A stretch of 64,000 nt of DNA, taken from positions 672,001 to 736,000 of the forward strand of contig JBMNJT010000002.1 in the NCBI GenBank assembly GCA_050951805.1, given 5' to 3'. The notes below the pieces were generated by a model that saw only the letters and a program-made list of their open reading frames with translations, ran no database searches and was not told the origin of the DNA. Origin of the DNA: Bacillota bacterium (lineage in GTDB: Bacteria; Bacillota; DTU025). The translations under genes were made by a program, and so were the position numbers. Of the stretch, positions 1 through 11,359 are shown piece by piece; the first letter of the stretch is position 1, and every line of letters begins with the position of its first letter.

Positions 1-1429
1 CGGCTCGTGAGATGATGAATGGTCGAGTTTTAGGCAGGAGCCTGCGGAATGCTTCCTGTGTAGCCTCGCTCATGAGGTTGCCATAAGCATTATGGACGTA
101 GGCGTGAGCCACCTCCTCTCCTCGAGAGCCGTGGAGAGCATCTTCGTCCATCGTTTTGCTTTCTGTGTCGAAGTTAGACGGTTCATTCATGTCATTCCAT
201 ATGCCCCGCACTCCTGCATCGAAAAGGGCGGAATGGTTCTCGGCCCACCAGGAGCGCACGTCGGCCCGGGCAAAATCGGGGTATGAGACTGTTCCGGGCC
301 ACACTGTTCCCTTGTAATCTTTTCCGTCGGCCTTTTTGACGAAATATCGATTGGCTCGGCCTTTATCGTAAACAGAATAATCGGGATCAACCTTGACTCC
401 GGGATCGACTATGGCGACTACTTTGAAGCCCATGTCGGAAAGCTGAGAAATGAGCTCTTTGGGATCCGGAAAGTCTTCTGGCTCAAAAGTGAATACTCGA
501 AAACCGTCCATGTAATCGATGTCAAAGTATATGGCATCGCAAGGAATATCTGCTTCCCTCAATCGTTTGGCGACCTCCAGAACTTGGCTGTCAGGGCAGT
601 AGCTGAACCTGCACTGGTGGTAGCCTAATGCCCACAGAGGCGGCAACTTCATGTAGCCGGTCAGTGCCGCGTAGCCTCGGACTACGTCTGGTATGCTAGG
701 GCCTGCGAAGAAGTAGTAGTCCAGCTTCTTTTGTGACGTTCCGAACCAGTATTCGCCCTCTGGCACTTCGGGAATACCTGTAGGCTGAGGCGGAATCTTG
801 GAGCTGTTCAACATGGGATGGGGTTTGCCCAGGTTAAATGTGGACCTTGCTGCTGTGTCCATGAACAGGCCGTAGGCGGATTCGCCGGAGAAAGCTATGA
901 AGAATGGGATAGATATGTAAAGTGGGTCTGTGCCCGGCGTGTACGGGCAGTTGTCGGTGTTCCAAAGGGTCATGGCCGTGCCCCGCTTGTCAAGGCCGCC
1001 TGTCCGTTCCCCAAACCCATAGAAGTGAGTATGAGGATGGAAGGACTTGTAGCACCCTGCGCCAAGTTCATCCCAGCCCATTCCTCGGGGGGCGCTGTCG
1101 CTGCAAATCAGTGCTCCGTCCGGGTTGTAAAATGCAATTCTAAGAGGGTCTTTTGAGATGTTGATGATGACTGCAGGCGTCGAAATGGCCATTGATTCGG
1201 GAGTGTCCTCGATGCTCACTTGGGGATTAGGCCATTGTCGCTCTATTACGGAAAAGGATCCTGGAAGCCGGGGATGGGCTGGTTCAAGCAAAGTCATGCT
1301 CACTCGCACGAGGTCGTCGGCGATGACAGATACATCCACGCGCGAATCCAGGGTTTCCATAGAGACTTGATTGTCGCCGATGTGCAGGTTGAGAACCCGG
1401 CCGAGTGGGGTGAAACCTTTGTGTGACAT
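1..1429 (-). CDS. Glycoside hydrolase family 31 (alpha-glucosidase-like), runs off the left edge
   Basis: Not in the ORF track because it is truncated. ATG at 1429 with GGAGGA SD. In-frame motifs: HFYGFGERTGGLDKRG, PLYISIPFF, IVDPGVK, VWPG and catalytic GIWNDMNEP. Confidence 0.93.
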   Translation of the reverse strand, partial: MSHKGFTPLGRVLNLHIGDNQVSMETLDSRVDVSVIADDLVRVSMTLLEPAHPRLPGSFSVIERQWPNPQVSIEDTPESMAISTPAVIINISKDPLRIAFYNPDGALICSDSAPRGMGWDELGAGCYKSFHPHTHFYGFGERTGGLDKRGTAMTLWNTDNCPYTPGTDPLYISIPFFIAFSGESAYGLFMDTAARSTFNLGKPHPMLNSSKIPPQPTGIPEVPEGEYWFGTSQKKLDYYFFAGPSIPDVVRGYAALTGYMKLPPLWALGYHQCRFSYCPDSQVLEVAKRLREADIPCDAIYFDIDYMDGFRVFTFEPEDFPDPKELISQLSDMGFKVVAIVDPGVKVDPDYSVYDKGRANRYFVKKADGKDYKGTVWPGTVSYPDFARADVRSWWAENHSALFDAGVRGIWNDMNEPSNFDTESKTMDEDALHGSRGEEVAHAYVHNAYGNLMSEATQEAFRRLLPKTRPFIISRA

Positions 1430-1695
1430 TTTGTGATCCTCCATGCAAAATCTGTGGCATTAGAGCGTTTTGGCTAATGACATTTGCGTAGTTCTAGACC
1501 GATCTCCAATACCCTCCCGGGTGTGCAAGTGGGCCAGTGTCCAAGTATGGGGTTGATTGGAGCGATGACGGACTACAAGGTAGTGAAGGGGTGTATCAGC
1601 GGCCAAACAGGGAGAGGGCATAGCAGGTAAAGTTGCGCCTTTTAACGGGGCTTTTATTGCCCTCCCTTGCAGCGGAGATCGCATTCGGAATTTGA

Positions 1696-2736
1696 TTAGA
1701 CTATGAGGTCGATCTGCTCCATGGTGCCGACGGTCTTGTTTTGGCGGACATAAAGTCCCATGCGGGCCAACTCTCCTACAGGGCGGTTGGCGCTGTTTTT
1801 CATCTGGAATTGGGCGCCCACGGAACCAAGATATATGGCTCCGATTCCTGCTTCGGCTAAGGATACGAGGGGTTCATCGCCTGGATTGCCTCCAGTCCAG
1901 ATATACAACTGGGTCCAGGCCGGGTCGCGTTCATCGAGCCATCTGTTGCCGTCCGAGTCGAGCTCGGCCAGTTCATTCATGCCGTTTCCGGTCGACGGGC
2001 CGAATAGCTCGGTTCCGTCGTTTACTATACCATCGCCGTTTCTGTCGAGAACGAGGAAACCGCTGCCTCGGCGGAGTCCCGGGATCATCTCTGTCTTGCC
2101 GTCCGCATTCAAATCGAACTCGAACAGTTCATCGGAGAGCTGGGCGGCTTCGCCGTCGAGATTTACGATGATGGGATCGACTTTCCTGCCATTTTGGATA
2201 TGAATCGACGTTGCGCTGTATGCTGATTCTTCGTGGCGCATCGAAAGGCTAAGGGAGAACTTTATTTGCTCGCCGTCCTCAGTGGTTATCCAGCCCTCTG
2301 CTTCGAAGGACATGTACTGGAAATCGTGGTATGAATACTCCCTGTCATACTCAATGCTCCATTCGGGCTCCGGCATGGACTGGGGAGTCTGGGTTTGGCG
2401 GCTTCTTACTACTTCGGAAAGCTCCATTGTCTCAATCTTGATACCTGTTAACAGTTCTATGATCCGCTTAATTGTGCGGATCTTCGGATCGTTGGAGGCT
2501 TCGTCCGTGGGAATCCCTTTCAGCGCCTGCGACTTGTCGGTTGACATGGAGTCGTCTGCTCGAGCCAGAGCGGCGCGGGCACTATCGGATATGCTGACAT
2601 GGTCACGAACCAAACTGGTCGCTGCCGATGGGCGGGTTTCGGGGCCTATCCGCACCCGAACTCTTTCCGACACGCTCTCTTGTCGCATTCGCGCATACCG
2701 GGAAGACATCGATATCGTCGAGTCTCTTACCAACAC
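1696..2736 (-). CDS. Hypothetical protein with C-terminal Ca2+-binding FrpC self-processing-module-like domain (DPIIVNLDG...)
   Basis: Start moved to GTG 2736 (AGGGGG SD, downstream of the sigma-28 promoter). Motifs DPIIVNLDG, FDLNADG, LVLDRNGDGIVNDGTELFG, LAELDSDGN, LYIW. Confidence 0.8.
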   Translation of the reverse strand: MLVRDSTISMSSRYARMRQESVSERVRVRIGPETRPSAATSLVRDHVSISDSARAALARADDSMSTDKSQALKGIPTDEASNDPKIRTIKRIIELLTGIKIETMELSEVVRSRQTQTPQSMPEPEWSIEYDREYSYHDFQYMSFEAEGWITTEDGEQIKFSLSLSMRHEESAYSATSIHIQNGRKVDPIIVNLDGEAAQLSDELFEFDLNADGKTEMIPGLRRGSGFLVLDRNGDGIVNDGTELFGPSTGNGMNELAELDSDGNRWLDERDPAWTQLYIWTGGNPGDEPLVSLAEAGIGAIYLGSVGAQFQMKNSANRPVGELARMGLYVRQNKTVGTMEQIDLIV

Positions 2737-2779
2737 TATGGCACACCCCCTAATGCGCGTGAAAGATATCTTTATCATG

Positions 2780-2807
2780 TTATCGGCATGTTGCGCCGTG
2801 ATCTTAG
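2780..2807 (-). promoter_or_regulatory. Sigma-28 (SigD/FliA) promoter
   Basis: Minus strand reads CTAAG-N15-GCCGATAA, matching the TAAA-N15-GCCGATAA consensus with an exact -10 and exact spacing. Confidence 0.8.
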
Positions 2808-2976
2808 CTCTGTAAAACTTGCAGGCCAAGAGCGCGTTTCGGTTCAGGACAGACACGCGAGGGCATCAATCATTGCTAGTAACCGTCAGGTTTGCTGCTC
2901 TCAGCCTGTTGGGCTGCATGTTCTCTGTTCCGAGGCCGGACTGCAACTAGTCAAATGTGGTCCGTCTTCGAGTGCA

Positions 2977-4688
2977 CAGAAGTTCCGCATGCCGTAGACT
3001 GTGAGGAGTTCGGAAGTACTGCATGATACTGGCCGGGGACGATTACCAGTGTTCTAGGGACTTTCGAAAATGATGTCGTTCAAGTGCTACGATTGCAACT
3101 TATCAGAAGAGCAATATGAGGGGGTAATTCCCTGATTGGAGATAGAAAGAATCTCCGCACCTAAGGTCGAAGTTGTTCGACATTCAACCCAGCAAGTTAA
3201 AACAAAGGTGCGGGGAAGATGAATAGACTAAAGCAATTTGTTGATTACGCAAACAAGGTGTTTGGGCTGCATGAGTTCGCTACGGGATGTCGTGACTCAA
3301 GAGTGAACCCACAGTATCCTTGTGCAACCATTATAGCACTTTTTGTCGCCTCCATTGCAGCTAGAGTGGGCAGTTTGTACCAGATCGAACGCATGGGAAA
3401 GAGCGGCGAGCTCGACAGGTTTATACATACCCGGGAAAAGCCTAGCGCTGATACCTTGGGACGCTGGCTGGCAGTCGCCGACTACAGCGGATTCAGATCC
3501 TATAACGGCAGCATCGTCCAAAAGGCGAGGAGGAACAAGGTTCACGCATATGGGACTATCTGCGGGTGGCGGGTTGCCGCGATAGACGGCACGGAGACCT
3601 TTTGCACCCAGAGCCCGACGGCCGAGGCGCTCAAATGGTCCAAGCGTACGCTGTCAAACGGAGCGGTCGAATATTACGAACGTGCAGCGGTGCTGTCCTA
3701 CGTAGGTGCTCACCCTCACCTGATCTTGGACATTGAGCGCATCGAGCCCGGGGAGGGTGAGGTTACGGCGGCAATTCGGCTCTTGGGGAAGGCTCAGCAT
3801 CGCAACTGGCGATATTGCGACATGATATGCGCGGATGCCCTGTATGCCCAGGCGCCGTTCATAAACGCCGTAAGCGCCCTTGGCAAGTGGATCATCATAA
3901 AGTTGAAACAGGACAACTACCACCTGGTACGCGACATGGATGGGCTCGTGGCCGATCGCTCCCCAGATGTGGAGCTTGTGGGGATAACACCGAAAGGCGA
4001 ACCCATCCCGATCAACCATGGGGTGACCTACAGCGTAGAGATATGGGATGAAGAAGGCTTCACAAGCTGGGATGGCGTAGATCGTCCGCTGCGGTGCCTG
4101 AAGGTCGTTGAAACCAAGATTACGACGTGCCGTGGCGAAGTCGTCAAGGTTGAGCCGACAGTATACCATATCGTAACGACCGCTCCCCAAAGCATTGTGA
4201 ATGCGGCAATCGTCTGGCAGATAATGCACCGTCGCTGGGATATCGAGAACTCGATCTTCAACGACCTCAAGCAGAACTGGGGCTTTGATCACTGCTACAC
4301 GCACGACATTAACGGTATACAGACGATGTATGCCTTGTTCTGCATCGTCTTCAACCTGATGATGCTGTTCGCCTACAGGAACCTGAAAGATGCTCCTGGA
4401 AGAGGCGTAACGCTGAAAGAACTGGCAAGACAGATGCTAGTAGGGATGGAAACGCTATGCCAGCCCATAACTGAGTTGCTCCCGAGAGCCAGCCCTGGTT
4501 GAACAAGCGGCAAGTTGGCGAGGTAGACTGGGAGAACCTATGGAAGACGATCTTCGGTCCCCCATAACAGCGGATTTGGGGGAAAGGGGGATGTATCAGC
4601 GCAATTGGGCCTGGGGTTTATTGCTATACACCATGCGGCATCTGCATGCCGTATCCTGCCAGGCCGAAACGCATATGCGGAATTCCTG
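2977..4688 (+). mobile_element. Intact insertion sequence (DDE_Tnp_1-type, IS4/ISAs1-like; family not resolved), 1712 bp
   Basis: Imperfect 14-bp terminal inverted repeats CAGAAGTTCCGCAT / ATGCGGAATTCCTG (12/14). 9-bp direct repeat TCGAGTGCA at 2968-2976 and 4689-4697. Confidence 0.9.
3219..4502 (+). CDS. DDE transposase
   Basis: Motifs AAIDGT, ICADALY and [14 protein letters not shown]; lies within the TIR/TSD-bounded element. Confidence 0.92.
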   Translation: MNRLKQFVDYANKVFGLHEFATGCRDSRVNPQYPCATIIALFVASIAARVGSLYQIERMGKSGELDRFIHTREKPSADTLGRWLAVADYSGFRSYNGSIVQKARRNKVHAYGTICGWRVAAIDGTETFCTQSPTAEALKWSKRTLSNGAVEYYERAAVLSYVGAHPHLILDIERIEPGEGEVTAAIRLLGKAQHRNWRYCDMICADALYAQAPFINAVSALGKWIIIKLKQDNYHLVRDMDGLVADRSPDVELVGITPKGEPIPINHGVTYSVEIWDEEGFTSWDGVDRPLRCLKVVETKITTCRGEVVKVEPTVYHIVTTAPQSIVNAAIVWQIMHRRWDIENSIFNDLKQNWGFDHCYTHDINGIQTMYALFCIVFNLMMLFAYRNLKDAPGRGVTLKELARQMLVGMETLCQPITELLPRASPG

Positions 4689-4705
4689 TCGAGTGCAGGG
4701 CCTAT

Positions 4706-4734
4706 TTGAATATGGCTTTTCTCTGTGCTATACT
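4706..4734 (+). promoter_or_regulatory. SigA promoter of rpmE
   Basis: TTGAAT-N17-TATACT with extended -10 TG. Confidence 0.7.
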
Positions 4735-4782
4735 GAGCTAGTCAAGGACAACTGTGAGGTCTATGCCTCGGAGGTGAAGAGG

Positions 4783-4980
4783 TTGAAGGACAATATCCAT
4801 CCTAAGTTCTATATTACGACTGTGACCTGCGCTTGCGGAGAGAGCTTTGAGACTGGGTCTACCCGCGAGAACATCAGGGTTGATATTTGCTCAAAGTGCC
4901 ATCCGTTTTCCACCGGCGTGCAGAGGGTCGTCGATACCGGCGGTCGGGTTGAGAAGTTCCGCAAGAAGCATAATCTTTAG
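4783..4980 (+). CDS. rpmE: 50S ribosomal protein L31 (zinc-binding type)
   Basis: TTG start after GGAGGTG; MKDNIHP...CACG...CSKCHPF...GGRVEKF. Confidence 0.96.
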   Translation: MKDNIHPKFYITTVTCACGESFETGSTRENIRVDICSKCHPFSTGVQRVVDTGGRVEKFRKKHNL

Positions 4981-5039
4981 CCAGTTTTGCTTGGGGGCGG
5001 CTTCAGTATATGGGGCCACCCCCAAGAGGCATGTACAGT

Positions 5040-5066
5040 CGGAGCCCTGCCGGGCTCCGGTTTTTT
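5040..5066 (+). terminator. Intrinsic terminator after rpmE
   Basis: CGGAGCCC-TGCC-GGGCTCCG followed by a T6 tract. Confidence 0.75.
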
Positions 5067-5092
5067 GAGTCTCCCTGCGAGGAGGGTATGCT

Positions 5093-5707
5093 TTGCAAGG
5101 AAGCATGGTGGGTACAGGCTGGATTGAAGTGATATGCGGCTCCATGTTCAGCGGCAAGACTGAAGAGCTAATTCGTAGAGTGAAGCGTGCAAGGATAGCT
5201 AGGCAGAACGTAGTGGCTGTCAAACCCGCTTTGGATATTCGGTTTTCATCGAAAGATGTGGTGTCGCACGATGGCGACAAGATCGGATGCTTGCCTGTTA
5301 AGGATTCTGACGAGGCTGAAGCTATCATCCCCGATGATGTGCAGGTTGTGGCTTTCGACGAGGCGCAGTTTTTCGATTCTGGCATTGTCGATCTATGTGT
5401 GCGACTCGCCGACAGAGGTGTGCGTGTTATCGTAGCGGGGCTAGACTGCGATTTCAGAGGCGAACCCTTCGGCTCCATGCCGGAGCTTCTGGCGCGCGCG
5501 GAGTATGTGACGAAACTTTCAGCAATATGTGTCAAATGCGGTAACCCTGCAACCAGAACTCAGAGGATCATCGACGGCAGGCCTGCGAACTACTCGGATC
5601 CACAGGTGGTCATAGGGGCCAGCGAGATGTATGAGGCAAGGTGCCGCAGGTGTCACCAAGTGCCAGGGAAACCTACTCGGAACCGGACAGGAGGTAACCA
5701 AGGATGA
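5093..5707 (+). CDS. tdk: Thymidine kinase
   Basis: [12 protein letters not shown]-loop, DEAQF, C-terminal zinc Cys pairs. Confidence 0.96.
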   Translation: MQGSMVGTGWIEVICGSMFSGKTEELIRRVKRARIARQNVVAVKPALDIRFSSKDVVSHDGDKIGCLPVKDSDEAEAIIPDDVQVVAFDEAQFFDSGIVDLCVRLADRGVRVIVAGLDCDFRGEPFGSMPELLARAEYVTKLSAICVKCGNPATRTQRIIDGRPANYSDPQVVIGASEMYEARCRRCHQVPGKPTRNRTGGNQG

Positions 5708-6591
5708 ATCCTCGTTACCAGTATGGAGGCCAGGCTGTCATCGAGGGCGTGATGATGCGAGGCCGTGACAGCGCGGCGATTGCCGTCCGTCGCCCTGACG
5801 GCGACATATCGGTAAAGATGCGCGATATTGATAGTTCCAAGCGCCCAGCTATACTCAAAGCTCCGTTCATACGCGGAGTAGTGACGCTCATCGAATCCCT
5901 CGTTGTGGGAATGGAGTCACTGATGTACTCGGCCAATGAGTCATCAGAAGAGGAAGAGCAGCTGTCAGGGGGAGAAGTCGTCCTCAGCCTAGTAATGGCG
6001 TTCGGGCTCTTCATCCTTCTTTTCATAGTGCTTCCCAATGTCATTGTCGCTTTTATGCAAAAACACATACCCAGCGTTGTGTTGGTCAACCTGTTAGAAG
6101 GAGTCCTCAGGATTGCGATATTCCTGGTCTATATTGTGGCCATTTCGAAAATGGAGGACATACAGCGTGTTTTTGCATACCATGGCGCAGAGCATAAGAC
6201 TATTGCTGCATGGGAGGCAGGCGAGGAGCTGACTGTGGATAACGCACGGAAGTACAGTACGCTCCATCCGAGGTGTGGGACGAGTTTTCTGCTCATCGTC
6301 ATGGTCTTGTCCATCCTCGTATACAGCTTTCTTGGCGAGCAGACCCTAGGCGAACGAATACTGAGTCGGCTGATTCTCTTGCCAGTGCTTGCGGGACTAT
6401 CATACGAAGTTCTTAAGCTGGCAGGCAGACCCAACCCGTCTGCGTTCGTTAAGTGGTTGTCCGCTCCCGGCTTGGCGTTGCAGAAGTTGACCACTCGCGA
6501 GCCGGACGACTCCATGTTGGAAGTGGCGATAGCTTCGCTAAATGCCGTGATAGAAAAAGATCAGGCCTCAAGTGAGGCGGCGGTGATATAA
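5704..6591 (+). CDS. DUF1385 family membrane protein
   Basis: [27 protein letters not shown]; conserved position before prfA. Confidence 0.92.
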   Translation: MNPRYQYGGQAVIEGVMMRGRDSAAIAVRRPDGDISVKMRDIDSSKRPAILKAPFIRGVVTLIESLVVGMESLMYSANESSEEEEQLSGGEVVLSLVMAFGLFILLFIVLPNVIVAFMQKHIPSVVLVNLLEGVLRIAIFLVYIVAISKMEDIQRVFAYHGAEHKTIAAWEAGEELTVDNARKYSTLHPRCGTSFLLIVMVLSILVYSFLGEQTLGERILSRLILLPVLAGLSYEVLKLAGRPNPSAFVKWLSAPGLALQKLTTREPDDSMLEVAIASLNAVIEKDQASSEAAVI

Positions 6592-6592
6592 G

Positions 6593-7660
6593 ATGATAGG
6601 AAAGCTCGATGAAATAGAGGCGAGATACGTGGAATTGGAGCAGCAGATCGCTGATCCGGCGGTCATTGCTGATCAGATCACGTATCGTAAACTCGCTAAG
6701 GCCCATTCAGATCTCGAGGAGATAGTGGCCAAATACCGAAAACTCAAGGACGTAATGGCGGAGATCGTGTCTGTCAAGGAAATGCTCGACGGGCATTTGG
6801 AACCGGATATGCGCGAGCTCGCCGAGGCGGAGTTGGATGAACTCGAGTCGAGGCGAGGGGCGCTCGAAAGCGAGCTCCGTGTTCTTCTTCTCCCATCTGA
6901 TCCCAGAGACGAAAAAAACGTCATCGTGGAGATACGGGCGGGAACAGGGGGAGACGAGGCAGCGCTCTTTGTTGGCGACCTGTTCCGTATGTACGCAAGG
7001 TATGCTGAGCGCCATGGGTGGGAGTTGGAGAGCATGGCTTCCAGTCCCACCGAACTTGGAGGCTTCAAAGAGATCATATTCATGATTTCCGGGGACAAGG
7101 TCTACAGTCGGCTCAAATACGAAAGTGGCGTCCACAGAGTGCAGCGTGTGCCTGAGACTGAAGCGTCTGGCCGCATACACACTTCTGCGGCCACTGTAGC
7201 GGTTCTGCCGGAGGCCGAGGAAGTCGACGTGGAGATCGATCCGAACGATCTGAGGATCGATGTGTTCAGATCATCGGGGCACGGCGGGCAGAGCGTCAAT
7301 ACTACCGACTCTGCCGTGAGGATTACGCACATTCCCACAGGCATGGTCGTTACATGCCAGGACGAAAAGTCGCAGCATAAGAATAGAGACAAGGCTCTCA
7401 GAGTCTTGAGGGCCAGGCTTCTTGAGCAGCTTACAGAGGAACAAGAGGCCGACATAGCCGAAACGCGCAAAAGTCAGGTAGGGTCGGGAGATAGAAGCGA
7501 ACGGATCAGAACCTACAACTTCCCCCAGAGTAGGGTGACGGACCACAGGATAGGGCTGACAACCCACAGGCTTGCCTATGTTCTCGATGGAGATTTAGAT
7601 GAAATAATCGAGGCACTCATCCTTCATGAGCAGGGCGAGAAGTTGAAAAGGGCGGAATAG
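6593..7660 (+). CDS. prfA: Peptide chain release factor 1
   Basis: GGQ motif and PET (PxT) anticodon loop. Confidence 0.98.
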   Translation: MIGKLDEIEARYVELEQQIADPAVIADQITYRKLAKAHSDLEEIVAKYRKLKDVMAEIVSVKEMLDGHLEPDMRELAEAELDELESRRGALESELRVLLLPSDPRDEKNVIVEIRAGTGGDEAALFVGDLFRMYARYAERHGWELESMASSPTELGGFKEIIFMISGDKVYSRLKYESGVHRVQRVPETEASGRIHTSAATVAVLPEAEEVDVEIDPNDLRIDVFRSSGHGGQSVNTTDSAVRITHIPTGMVVTCQDEKSQHKNRDKALRVLRARLLEQLTEEQEADIAETRKSQVGSGDRSERIRTYNFPQSRVTDHRIGLTTHRLAYVLDGDLDEIIEALILHEQGEKLKRAE

Positions 7661-7670
7661 GAGTATCCAG

Positions 7671-8588
7671 ATGGGTGTAACTGGCCGTGAGAGGCAATTG
7701 CTGGCCATATTGAAATTGGCTTCAGAGTATCTGGAAAGACAAGGCGTGGACTCTGCGAGACTGGATGCCGAGGTATTGTTGGCGCATGTCCTGGCAATGG
7801 ACAGGATAGATCTTTACGTGAACTACGACCGCCCAATGGACGATAGAGAATTGGCCGAATACCGGGCTGTTCTCAGAAAGCGTGCCTCTCGCATGCCTGT
7901 AGCCTATATCACTGGATTCAAGGAGTTCATGTCCTTGGAATTTGCCGTTGATGAGCGCGTGCTGATACCCCGCCCTGAAACTGAGATCTTGGTGGAAACG
8001 GTGCGCGATCGCATTACCCGCGCTTCGAAAGAACGGCCGCGGATTGCCGACATAGGCACGGGAAGCGGCGCAATCGCTTGTTCTCTGGCTCTAATGTTGC
8101 CCAGTGCCCGAGTGTTGGCAACTGACGTGTCCTCTGATGCCTTGGGTGTAGCGAAGGCGAACGTGAAAAAGCACGGGCTCGAGGATCGCGTCGTCTGCAG
8201 GCAAGGCGACTTGCTGGAGGGTTTGGGGGCGAGCATGGAGCGGGAGATGGTGGATGCCATAGTTTCCAATCCCCCATATATTCCCTCGTCTGAGTTGGAT
8301 GCTTTGAGCCCGGAAATATCCCAGTATGAGCCGCGTGGTGCGTTGGACGGTGGCCCGGATGGGCTCGATTTTTATAGAAGGCTTGCCCGAGGTTGTGTGG
8401 AGTTTCTCGCCGATGGCGGGTTCCTGGCTCTAGAAATAGGGAACGGACAGGCACCGGATGTAATCGGTCTTCTGACCGAGGCCGGATTTGGCGATGTGGA
8501 AAGCATCGATGATTACTCCGGGACGGCTAGGGTTGTGGTGGCGTCCCGGCCAGCGGGGTGTCGGGTGCTCAAAAACGGTGCAATGTAG
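7671..8588 (+). CDS. prmC: Release factor glutamine methyltransferase
   Basis: LIPRPETE, DIGTGSG, SNPPY. Confidence 0.96.
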   Translation: MGVTGRERQLLAILKLASEYLERQGVDSARLDAEVLLAHVLAMDRIDLYVNYDRPMDDRELAEYRAVLRKRASRMPVAYITGFKEFMSLEFAVDERVLIPRPETEILVETVRDRITRASKERPRIADIGTGSGAIACSLALMLPSARVLATDVSSDALGVAKANVKKHGLEDRVVCRQGDLLEGLGASMEREMVDAIVSNPPYIPSSELDALSPEISQYEPRGALDGGPDGLDFYRRLARGCVEFLADGGFLALEIGNGQAPDVIGLLTEAGFGDVESIDDYSGTARVVVASRPAGCRVLKNGAM

Positions 8589-8618
8589 GGGCAGATGATT
8601 TGGTTGGAGGAGATGTTG

Positions 8619-9785
8619 ATGTCTGATGCTCCCGAGAAACGAGGGAAGCCTACTACTGTGCTGATTGTGGTGGATCCGTCAGGCTCGGCTGAGCGTCTGG
8701 AAGCGGAGCTTGGGGAGGCTGCTCGGGTTCTTAGAGACGGCGGAACGGTTGCGTTTCCTACAGAGACCGTCTATGGGCTGGGAGGAAATGCGCTGGACAG
8801 GCGGGCAGTGGCCCGCATTTTTGCCGCAAAAGGGAGACCACAGGATAATCCTCTCATCGTCCATATAGCGGATATGGGGGCGCTTGGGAGCATCGCCTCG
8901 AGTGTGTCGCCGGGCGCCAGAGCGCTGGCTGATAGGTTTTGGCCTGGACCTCTCACGCTGATTCTCCCCAAGTCTGACGCGATTCCAGATGAGGTCACTG
9001 CGGGATTGGACAGTGTGGCGGTGAGAATGCCATCTCATCCTGTGGCAGCGGCTCTGATCCGCGCTGCAGGGGTTCCTGTGGCGGCGCCGTCCGCAAACAT
9101 ATCGGGGCGCCCGAGTCCGACTTCGGCAGAGCATGTGTGGCATGATATGGCGGGACGGATAGACATGCTTGTCGATGGGGGGTCTGCTGACATTGGTGTG
9201 GAATCGACTGTCATCGATATGACTTGTTCGCCTCCGATGATACTGCGGCCGGGAGGGATCACCCTTGAGGAGATACGTGAGGTCATCCCCGAAACTGTAG
9301 TGTTGACGGGCGGTGAAGGCTTGGATGGGCCTGCAAAGTCTCCAGGCCTGAGGCATAGGCACTACTCGCCGGAGGCACAGATGTGGCTGGTTATAGGCGA
9401 GTGGGATGCGCAGGTGGATGAGATCAAGAGCCGAGCAGCCGCTGGGGTGCGCCTAGGGCGGCGTGTAGGGCTCCTCGTGAGCACGGAGACGGCTGCGAAA
9501 CTTTGCACGTGGATTCGCGATTGTGGTGGGGAAGGGCCGGCGGGTGAGATCATCGTAGCTGAGATCGGGTCGAGGAATGATGCCTCTCAAGTTGCATCGG
9601 GGCTCTTCGATGGAATGAGAAGGCTGGATGCGGCAGAGGTCGATATGATGTTGGCTGAATCGTATGATGCTCGAGGCATGGGGCTTGCGATAATGAACAG
9701 GCTTATGAGGGCGGCTGGCGGGCGGATCATAAGAGTGCAGGGCGAGGCAGGAAATGATCTGATTTCGGAGAAATCCATCGAATAG
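8619..9785 (+). CDS. sua5: Threonylcarbamoyl-AMP synthase (Sua5/YwlC)
   Basis: FPTETVYGLG, KGRPQDNPLIVH, APSANISGRPSPT; C-terminal SUA5 domain. Start chosen by the GGAGG SD. Confidence 0.95.
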   Translation: MSDAPEKRGKPTTVLIVVDPSGSAERLEAELGEAARVLRDGGTVAFPTETVYGLGGNALDRRAVARIFAAKGRPQDNPLIVHIADMGALGSIASSVSPGARALADRFWPGPLTLILPKSDAIPDEVTAGLDSVAVRMPSHPVAAALIRAAGVPVAAPSANISGRPSPTSAEHVWHDMAGRIDMLVDGGSADIGVESTVIDMTCSPPMILRPGGITLEEIREVIPETVVLTGGEGLDGPAKSPGLRHRHYSPEAQMWLVIGEWDAQVDEIKSRAAAGVRLGRRVGLLVSTETAAKLCTWIRDCGGEGPAGEIIVAEIGSRNDASQVASGLFDGMRRLDAAEVDMMLAESYDARGMGLAIMNRLMRAAGGRIIRVQGEAGNDLISEKSIE

Positions 9786-9788
9786 GCG

Positions 9789-10256
9789 GTGAACGCAGTG
9801 CCCCGTAAGATTCTGCTTGTCTGCGGCGGGAACACGTGCCGCAGCCCGATGGCTGAGGCCATCATGCGAAAGGTTATCGAGTCAGAATTTCCTCAAATGG
9901 CGGGCGAGATCGTGGTCGAATCGGCGGGCGTTGCTGCTGTAGAGGGCGATACAGCGTCGGAAAATGCGTTGACGGCGGCCGCAAAGATCGGCCTTGACCT
10001 GTCAGACCATCGTGCCAGAGCGCTCACAGCGAAGCTGATCTCGGAGGCCGACATAATCCTTGCGATGGAGGGTAAGCACATCGCAAGCATTCTGGCGATG
10101 GATCCATCAGCAGCTGGCCGGGTGCATACTCTTGCTGATGCAGATATTGCGGACCCTTTTGGGAGTTCACTTGAGATATATGAACGGACCAGGGACGAGA
10201 TAGAGGCGGCTGTGAGGCGATCCTTGGACGTGATCAATCGAGGTGACGCTGGTTGA
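9789..10256 (+). CDS. Low-molecular-weight protein (arginine/tyrosine) phosphatase, YwlE-like
   Basis: VCGGNTCRSPMAE P-loop and DIADPFG. Confidence 0.92.
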   Translation: MNAVPRKILLVCGGNTCRSPMAEAIMRKVIESEFPQMAGEIVVESAGVAAVEGDTASENALTAAAKIGLDLSDHRARALTAKLISEADIILAMEGKHIASILAMDPSAAGRVHTLADADIADPFGSSLEIYERTRDEIEAAVRRSLDVINRGDAG

Positions 10257-10684
10257 AAGTGGCTATTGGATCGGACCATGCCGGTTACGATGCAAAGGAA
10301 GAGGTTTTGAAGAAGCTTTCAGACGAAGGCCACGATGTCGTGGACTTCGGAACATATTCCCACGAAAGTGTGGACTATCCTGATATTGCCCACGCAGTGG
10401 CTGAGGCAGTCGCCAGTGGCGAGTGTGAGAGGGGCATACTCCTGTGCGGCACCGGGATAGGGATGTCGATTGCGGCGAACAAGGTGCGCGGAGTGAGGGC
10501 TGCGCTCTGCCATGACGACTTCACGGCCAAGATGGCCAGAGAGCACAATGATGCGAACATACTGGCTGTTGGCTCCCGCACTACTGCCATGCACACGATA
10601 ATGCGAATGGTAGACATATTTCTGTCTACGGAATTTGCAGGGGGAAGGCACGCTGACAGGGTAAGCAAGATTGAAAAGGCCTAG
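10253..10684 (+). CDS. rpiB: Ribose-5-phosphate isomerase B
   Basis: GSDHAG, CGTGIG, REHNDAN. Confidence 0.96.
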   Translation: MKVAIGSDHAGYDAKEEVLKKLSDEGHDVVDFGTYSHESVDYPDIAHAVAEAVASGECERGILLCGTGIGMSIAANKVRGVRAALCHDDFTAKMAREHNDANILAVGSRTTAMHTIMRMVDIFLSTEFAGGRHADRVSKIEKA

Positions 10685-10707
10685 TAAGGCTATCGGGGGT
10701 GTACTGA

Positions 10708-11337
<630 letters not shown>

Positions 11338-11359
11338 CGCGCGTCTGCGCAGAGAAGGT

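Noticed and set aside
4540-4782. N-terminal extension of L31 in the ORF track (146 aa)
   Set aside because: It runs through the IS right end and the rpmE promoter; the true start is TTG 4783 with a strong SD.
4900-4920. L31 HPFSTG instead of the usual HPF(Y/F)TG
   Set aside because: A single substitution that could be a variant or a sequencing error; no functional claim is supportable.
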